The notes under the pieces are model-generated. The model was given only the letters and a program-made list of their open reading frames with translations. It was not told the DNA's origin and did no database searches. A program made the position numbers and the translations under genes. A DNA stretch of 64,000 nucleotides from Octopus vulgaris (taxonomy: Eukaryota), in the NCBI GenBank assembly GCA_951406725.2, contig OX597817.1:8804001-8868000 (forward strand), written 5' to 3'. Numbering within the stretch: position 1 is the stretch's first letter; the number at the start of each line of letters is the position of its first letter. This document shows, in pieces, positions 56,746-64,000 of the stretch.

Positions 56746-57207
56746 ACGTTCAAACATATGTATTCGAAAATACATACGGCCACATGTGCCCTTCTATATA
56801 CGTGTCACTGTGTGTGCACGCGGGGGAGGGCGCTCCGTTATGTACGCAATCGACTGTATCGCCTGATTTTTGTAGAACAGAGTTCAGTATTGACATTCTC
56901 CCTGAACATTGGACCTAATGATCGCGTGATAATGTATTCAGTCTAAACTCATTGAGACACGTATGCACAGACACGTACACATGTACACAGGCCTGCCTAC
57001 TTCATATCAGTGTTTGTGTGTGTGTGTGTGTGTGCTGGGTAGAGAGAGGGGGACAGAAAGAGAGTAAGGTTTCTATACGAATGCATGTTGTGCAATAAAA
57101 ATTAAAGAGATCTTTATGTATTTTTCTTTATTATGAGAGATAATAGAAAAATATATACAAACATATATACTTATGAATATTTACACACACACACGAATGT
57201 ATGTATG

Positions 57208-57277
<70 letters not shown>

Positions 57278-57281
<4 letters not shown>

Positions 57282-57492
57282 ATCCAAACAAGAAAACACA
57301 AAAAAAAAACAAAAAAACACAGCAACGCGAGGACGTGGAACAAATAAAGTATTATTGGACGCTCAGGAAAAAGGGGAAGAAGGAAGGTTCATCGTTTCGA
57401 GCGGAGCTCTTCGTCGGAAACATAGGAGAAGGAAAGATCCAGAGAAGGGAAGACAGAGGAAAAAATCGCCAGCGATACTCACGAGGTCACAT
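57278..57492 (-). mobile_element. Family E element
   Basis: 3' end GGATTAAC abuts (TA)n; the hammerhead cleavage triplet is mutated (GAT). Confidence 0.88.
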
Positions 57493-57808
57493 GTGTGTGT
57501 GTGTGTGTGTGTATGGAACTTCGAAAAAACTGCTTTGCATTTTAATCCTACATATTCTTGCTCAAGTACCAATATGTATGCATTCAGTAAGGACAAGAGG
57601 GATTTGGTATTAAACTTTCTGTCCAACGTCTAATGTCAAATCCATATTGTCGGTACTTAATTAATATAATTAGCCCAACTGACACTGCGCATTTCCTGAA
57701 GGTGATCCAGCAGAAATATACCATGACTGTGGATGACACCAGGTAACCCATAATGGGACAGTACTCAACTCAATACTTTAACGCACTAATCGACTTATAC
57801 CTATAAGT

Positions 57809-57861
<53 letters not shown>

Positions 57862-57865
<4 letters not shown>

Positions 57866-58031
57866 ATCCAAACAAGAAAGCACAAAAAAACAAAACAACG
57901 CGAGGACGTGGAACAAATAAAGTATTATTGGACGCTCAGGAAAGAAAGGAAGAAGGAGGGTTTAACGTTTCGAACGGAGCTCTTCGTCGGAAACATAGGA
58001 GAAGGAAAGATCCCGAGAAGGGAAGATAGAG

Positions 58032-58035
<4 letters not shown>
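57862..58035 (-). mobile_element. Family E element, truncated
   Basis: Same 3' end at (TA)n; hammerhead motif at 57960-57994. Confidence 0.88.
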
Positions 58036-58073
<38 letters not shown>

Positions 58074-58095
58074 TTGAGAGAGAGAAGAGGAGGAG

Positions 58096-58267
58096 GAGGC
58101 AATCAGAATTTTGGATAATTCTTTATGAGCGTTTTCGTTTCTTTGTCGAAGTCATCAAGACAAAGCCAAAATCAATATGATACCATATTGATTTTGATTT
58201 TATCTTGATGAGTTCGATAAAAGAACGAAAGCGCTAATAAGGAATTGTCTAAAATTCTGTGTGCCTC
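58096..58267. repeat. 172-bp fold-back with a hammerhead-like motif in each arm
   Basis: Arms of ~84 bp; right arm TTAT-CTTGATGA-GTTC gataaaa GAAC-GAAA gcgc TA-ATAA (58200-58240). Confidence 0.8.
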
Positions 58268-58290
58268 TTTTTTTTTTCAATATAGAATAT

Positions 58291-58712
58291 TCTCTTTTAT
58301 TACTCTTTTACTCTTTTACTTGTTTCAGTCAGTTGACTGCGGCCATGCTGGAGCACCGCCTTTAGTCGAGCAACTCGACCCCGAGACTTATTTTTTGTAA
58401 GCCCAGTACCTATTCTATAGGTCTCTTTTGCCGAACCGCTAAGTGATGAGGACATAAACACACCAGCATCGGTTGTCAAGCAATGTTAGGGGGACAAACA
58501 CAGAGCACACAAACATACACGCACACACACATATATATATACATATATACGACGGGCTTCTTTCAGTTTCCGTCTACCAAATCCACTCACAAGGCTTTGG
58601 TCGGCCCGAGGTTATAGTAGAAGACACTTGCCCAAGGTACCACGCAGTGGGACTGAACCCGGAACAATGTGGTTGGTAAGCAAGCTACTTACCACACAGC
58701 CACTCCTGTGCC
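58291..58712 (-). mobile_element. SINE family A, full length
   Basis: Reverse complement of the reference copy. Confidence 0.93.
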
Positions 58713-59025
58713 TATCTGTACACCACTTCAAACAGACATAGATAAACTAATGAAGACCATATACACACATGCACACTTAACACACACACACACACACACA
58801 CACACATGGACACATATGGAGACACATACATACATGACAGACACATGTACATAGTCACACAAACCCATACACATAGGCACACTCAGACATGCACACACAA
58901 ATGCACACACACACACACTCAAAAACACATGAACACACAAATACATGAATATGCAGAACACGTATATACATACAAATACACACACATATACATGCATACA
59001 CACATACACATATATATATATGTAA

Positions 59026-59252
59026 GTCGGCGAGCTGGCAGAAACGTTAGCAGGCCGGGCGAAATGCGTAGCCGTATTTCGTCTGTCGTTACGTTGTGAG
59101 TTCAAATTCCGCCGAGGTCGACTTTGTCTTTCATCCTTTCGGGGTCGATAAATTCAGTACAGTTTCGCACTGGGGTCGATATAATCGATTTATCCCTTTG
59201 TCTGTCCTTGTTTGTCCCTCTGTGTTTAGCCCCTTGTGGGCAATAAAGAAAT
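59026..59252 (+). mobile_element. SINE family B
   Basis: Full-length match. Confidence 0.92.
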
Positions 59253-59354
59253 ATATATGTATACACATGCACACTGACGCACACAGATGTGCACAAACAA
59301 ACAAACAAAAGAAAACAGCTCTGATAACGACATAGTCAACGACTATTGAAAAGG

Positions 59355-59570
59355 TTGCAAGGGGAAACCTGCTCAGAGACCTACACAAGGTTGCAGAAAG
59401 AGTATGGAGAGGAGTGCATAAGCTGCACACAAGTGTAAAAGAGTGGTTTAAACATTTCCAAGATGGCTGAAATCATGTCGATACTGACGAACGTTTTGGG
59501 AGACCTGCAACCAGCAGAACTGAGAAAAACATCGCAGATGTACGTGCAAGCTGTGAGGAAAAATGTTACT
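59355..59570 (+). mobile_element. Mariner transposase N-terminal HTH fragment
   Basis: GETCSETYTRLQKEYGEECISCTQV, then EWFKHFQDG*NHVDTDERFGRPATSRTEKNIADVR across a frameshift. Confidence 0.8.
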
Positions 59571-60282
59571 TCCATGCACTGCTGTAATTGAGTAGTGTGA
59601 TTGAGCTAGAACGTTAAAACTTCGTGCGCATGCACAGCAAAACTCAAGGTCAATCTGTACCAAGCGGCTTCACTCTGCGTGCTTTAACTTCGTTATTAAG
59701 GCAACAGTCCGGATACTTATTGATCAGACTAGTATATATGTGTGTGTATACACACGCTCGCACGCACACACACATAGACATAGATTTATACCTACCTACA
59801 TACACATGTACATACATGCATACATACACAGACACAAATACGCATATATGTATGTATTTGTATATACGCGCGCGCATGTGTGTGTATACTATACATGCAT
59901 GTATAACTTGAATAAGAAGCTCGTTTTGCAACCGTGTTTGTGGCATTATATAATGTTTTGCGCTGCTTATCTACTTCCGTTTCCATGGCTATTCTAAGTC
60001 TACCAAGGTTAACTGGATTGTCTTTCATTGATCGATGTCTTATCTATACCAAATAACAATCATATAACAATGGCGATCACTCACTAACAGCCAATTCGCT
60101 ATCTTTCACTAAGGCCGCTGCGGTAAACATAAAGCGGTATTGTTCCTCCATTATATGCTCTTGCAAAGGTTCATTTAGTGTATTTATTAAATCTGAATGA
60201 ATAATTTAATACGTATAGTTTGCCATTTGTATTAACTTCCCTTCTGAAGATATTCATTTTTAATTAAGGCTATCATATGTGA

Positions 60283-61085
<803 letters not shown>

Positions 61086-61102
61086 GTGAAAAAAGATATT
61101 GC

Positions 61103-61536
61103 TTATTACCTTCGCCCTAACGAAGGCGGAGGTATTGTTTCCAGTCGTGTTTGTTTGTCCGTGGACAAGATATCTCAAGAACCGCTTGATGGATTCGGAT
61201 GAAACCGTCAGGGATGTTTGGCCTCATGACTGGCACGAAGTGATTAGATTTGGGGATCAATCTGGTATCGGACAAGGATTCTGGATTATTTTCCTTTTTT
61301 TTTTTTTGGTTTTTTTTGCATAATTTTTTAGAGTGTTCCGGTTCATTTTTAGTATTCTTGTTTGTGAGAGCAGTCAGGTTCATTTTAGATATTCTCATTT
61401 TAAAATTACGGTGGTACGGTGCGGGGAGAGATTTAGAAATTTAGTATTTCTCATTTTAAAATTCATCTCTGGCTAATCGTTGAGAGGACGTTGGTGTTGC
61501 TTTGGCGGAGGTTGGTGCTCTCTGAGTGTTCTTGTT
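61103..61536 (+). mobile_element. Helentron-associated / DINE-1-like non-autonomous element
   Basis: 5' TTATTACCTTCGCC with a nearby inverted GGCGGAGGTA, a (GTTT)n/GTCC tract, 3' GGCGGAGGT plus hairpin GCTC..GAGT; TT flanks. Confidence 0.7.
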
Positions 61537-61609
61537 ATATATGTTTTTCTGAGGTGAGTTGCTAAGAATATGGATACTAGATTTGTTTTGTTTTTAAGCT
61601 GATGTTTTA

Positions 61610-61802
61610 TCACTTACTTGCTTCAGTCACTGGACTACGACCTCGGAAGGCTTTGTAGCCGAGCACTTCAACTTCGGTACTTATTCTATCGATCTGTTTT
61701 GCCAAATCGCTAAGCTACGAGGACGAGAACTAGCCAAAGCCAGTTCTCAAGGGGTGAAGCTTGCATATACAGCATAAACAGATACACACATATACATGCA
61801 CA

Positions 61803-61841
<39 letters not shown>

Positions 61842-62055
61842 ACACACACACCCACACACACACCCACACACACACACACAAGCAAACAAACGAGCACACC
61901 CATACATACAGACACATATATGTATGACGAGCTACTTGACAGATTCCGACAACCAAGTTCAACCAGGCATTTGTCGGTCCGGGGCTATAAGAGAAGCCAC
62001 TTACAAATGGTGCCGTGCAGTGGCCTGAACCCGAAACAGGGTGGTTGCAAAGCTA
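61610..62055 (-). mobile_element. Old degenerate SINE family A
   Basis: Colinear weak similarity in tail, (CA)n tract and head. Confidence 0.65.
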
Positions 62056-63051
62056 GCGCAAAGATACACATACATACATTGTGAAAATCAAACGTTTAAC
62101 CCCGCGATATTTTGTGATGAAATTTTGATATGACAAACAGAAACAAGAATTCCAGCGGTTGTATGTTGTTTTTAACTGTAAGTCAACTCTGATCGAGTAG
62201 ATCTATTATCAAGAGCACTCCCAATGTGACCACCCTGCCTTTTCAGGGTTATCTAAAATCATATTATCTCATGTGTCTCTCCTGTTTTTAAAATGGCGAG
62301 ATAAGATTAGAGAGTGTGAAAGACAGAGAGAGAGAGAGAGAGGGGGGGTATGATTTATATTTCTAGTATGTCGAGCGTCGTCCACATAGAGGTTGTCTCC
62401 TTGACTTGCTCAATTAAACAACATGAGCAAACGTTGTAAGGAGAGAGAGAGAAGCTACGACTATCAAAGATATTTGTCGGACAACGCCTGGGTATTTTTA
62501 ACACATAAAAGAATAATAAAACTGACAGAAAAGCAGATAAGAAACAAAGGGGTAGAGACATTTTATTAGGAAAAATCAGACCAAGCCGTGGAAAGTCTAA
62601 CAACAGAACACACCTTACTGCTGTTTCCTTTATTAGAATGACCTACTTTTAATTTTTTTTTTGTAGCTTTAATTACAGATAAAGTGTATTTAATATCTCT
62701 CTGACAGATTTAGTGAGAGGCCAAGTTCTTGTTTGAGATGACTAATAATTTAAATTGATAGCAACCTTATGTTTAAAATGTTAATATAGTGTGTGGTGTG
62801 TGTGTGTATATTCATGTAGTTATGTTTCTGTACGTGTTACAACGCAATGTCCTTCTACACACTCATGCCAACTCCCAAAGAACATAAAATCAGGTACGTA
62901 CACAGGCAAGACGCACTAAAATATAAAGAAAGCTATAAAGATTCAGATTATGTCTTTTTAAAAGAAAAGTCACTGGGGAACCGCAATAAATGACCGATTT
63001 AATGATTTTGGTTCAGTGTTTTATATAAGAGATTAAATTAAAAAAAAATAA

Positions 63052-63240
63052 AGGTGCAGATATGGTTGTAAGGGTCAAGAAGCTCGCGTTGCAACCATGT
63101 GGACTTTCAGATTCAGTCCCACTGCGCGGCACTTTGGGCAAATGTGTTCTACTTATAGTCCCAGGCCGACTAGTGCCTTGTGAGGGTATTTAGTAATTTG
63201 GTAGACGAAACATGTGGGGAAAACCCGTGATATATGTGTA
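63052..63240 (+). mobile_element. Old SINE family A head
   Basis: GATTCAGTCCCACTGCGCGGCACTTTGGGCAAATGTG. Confidence 0.7.
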
Positions 63241-63266
63241 TGCGTTTGTGCGTGTGTGTGTGTTTG

Positions 63267-63301
<35 letters not shown>

Positions 63302-63381
63302 GTTTGCATGTGTATGTGTGCGTTTGTATGTGTGCATGTTTTGTGAGTGTGTATGTGTGTGTGTTTTGACAAGTAGTTTTA

Positions 63382-63795
63382 AGGAGTGGCTGTGTGGTAA
63401 GTAGCTTGCTAACCAACCACATGGTTCCGGGTTGAGTCCCACTGCGTGACACCTTGGGCAAGTGTCTTCTGCTATAGCCCCGGGCCGACCAATGCCTTGT
63501 GAGTGGATTTGGTAGACGGAAACTGAAAGAAGCCTGTCGTATATATGTATGTATGTATATATATATGTATGTGTGTGTGTGTGTTTGTGTGTCTGTGTTT
63601 TTCCCCCTAGCATTGCTTGACAACCGATGCTGGTGTGTTTACGTCCCCGTCACTTAGCGGTTCGGCAAAAGAGACCGATAGAATAAGTGCTGGGCTTACA
63701 AAGAATAAGTCCCGGGGTCGATTTGCTCGACTAAAGGCGGTGCTCCAACATGGCCGCAGTCAAATGACTGAAACAAGTAAAAGAGTAAAAGAGTA
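63382..63795 (+). mobile_element. SINE family A, full length
   Basis: Near-identical to 51800-52251. Confidence 0.95.
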
Positions 63796-64000
63796 TCCCT
63801 GTAACTTAAGAGACTCATAGAATAATTACCACGCTTTAAAATTTTGGACTGGGGTCGATTTCTTCAACCAAAACGCTTTAAGGTGGTGCCCCAGCATGGC
63901 TGCAGTCCTATGACTGAAACAAGTGAAAGTGTAAAAATCCCCCCTTCGGTCCCGAATGGCCAAGAGAATGCACCTAAAAAGTTCCCCTCTGAGGCACAAG

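Overview
AT-rich, microsatellite-saturated, non-genic eukaryotic DNA. The SINE families and repeat landscape are most consistent with an octopus/cephalopod genome (inference). I could not support any intact host protein-coding gene; nearly all tracked ORFs are translations of (TA)n/(CA)n/(TAGA)n/triplet repeats or of SINEs. The window is a nested mosaic of: (1) about 35 tRNA-derived SINE copies from several modular families, several with clean target-site duplications (TSDs); (2) decayed mariner transposons, one full length with terminal inverted repeats (TIRs); (3) CR1/L2-type, RTE and R4/Dong-type LINE 3' fragments; (4) a decayed RepHel Helitron, two non-autonomous Helitrons and a Helentron/DINE-like element; (5) Penelope-like element (PLE) remnants. 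The main signal is a dense population of about 10-12 minimal type-I hammerhead-ribozyme motifs with palindromic helix III. They sit in short, sequence-diverse elements, mostly beside (TA)n tracts, and are often arranged as inverted fold-back pairs. Also visible are SINE-LINE shared 3' tails, SINE head/tail module swapping, a SINE whose internal microsatellite acts as a landing pad for other elements, a Helitron insertion confirmed by an empty paralogous site, and a 123-bp solo-LTR-like insert.
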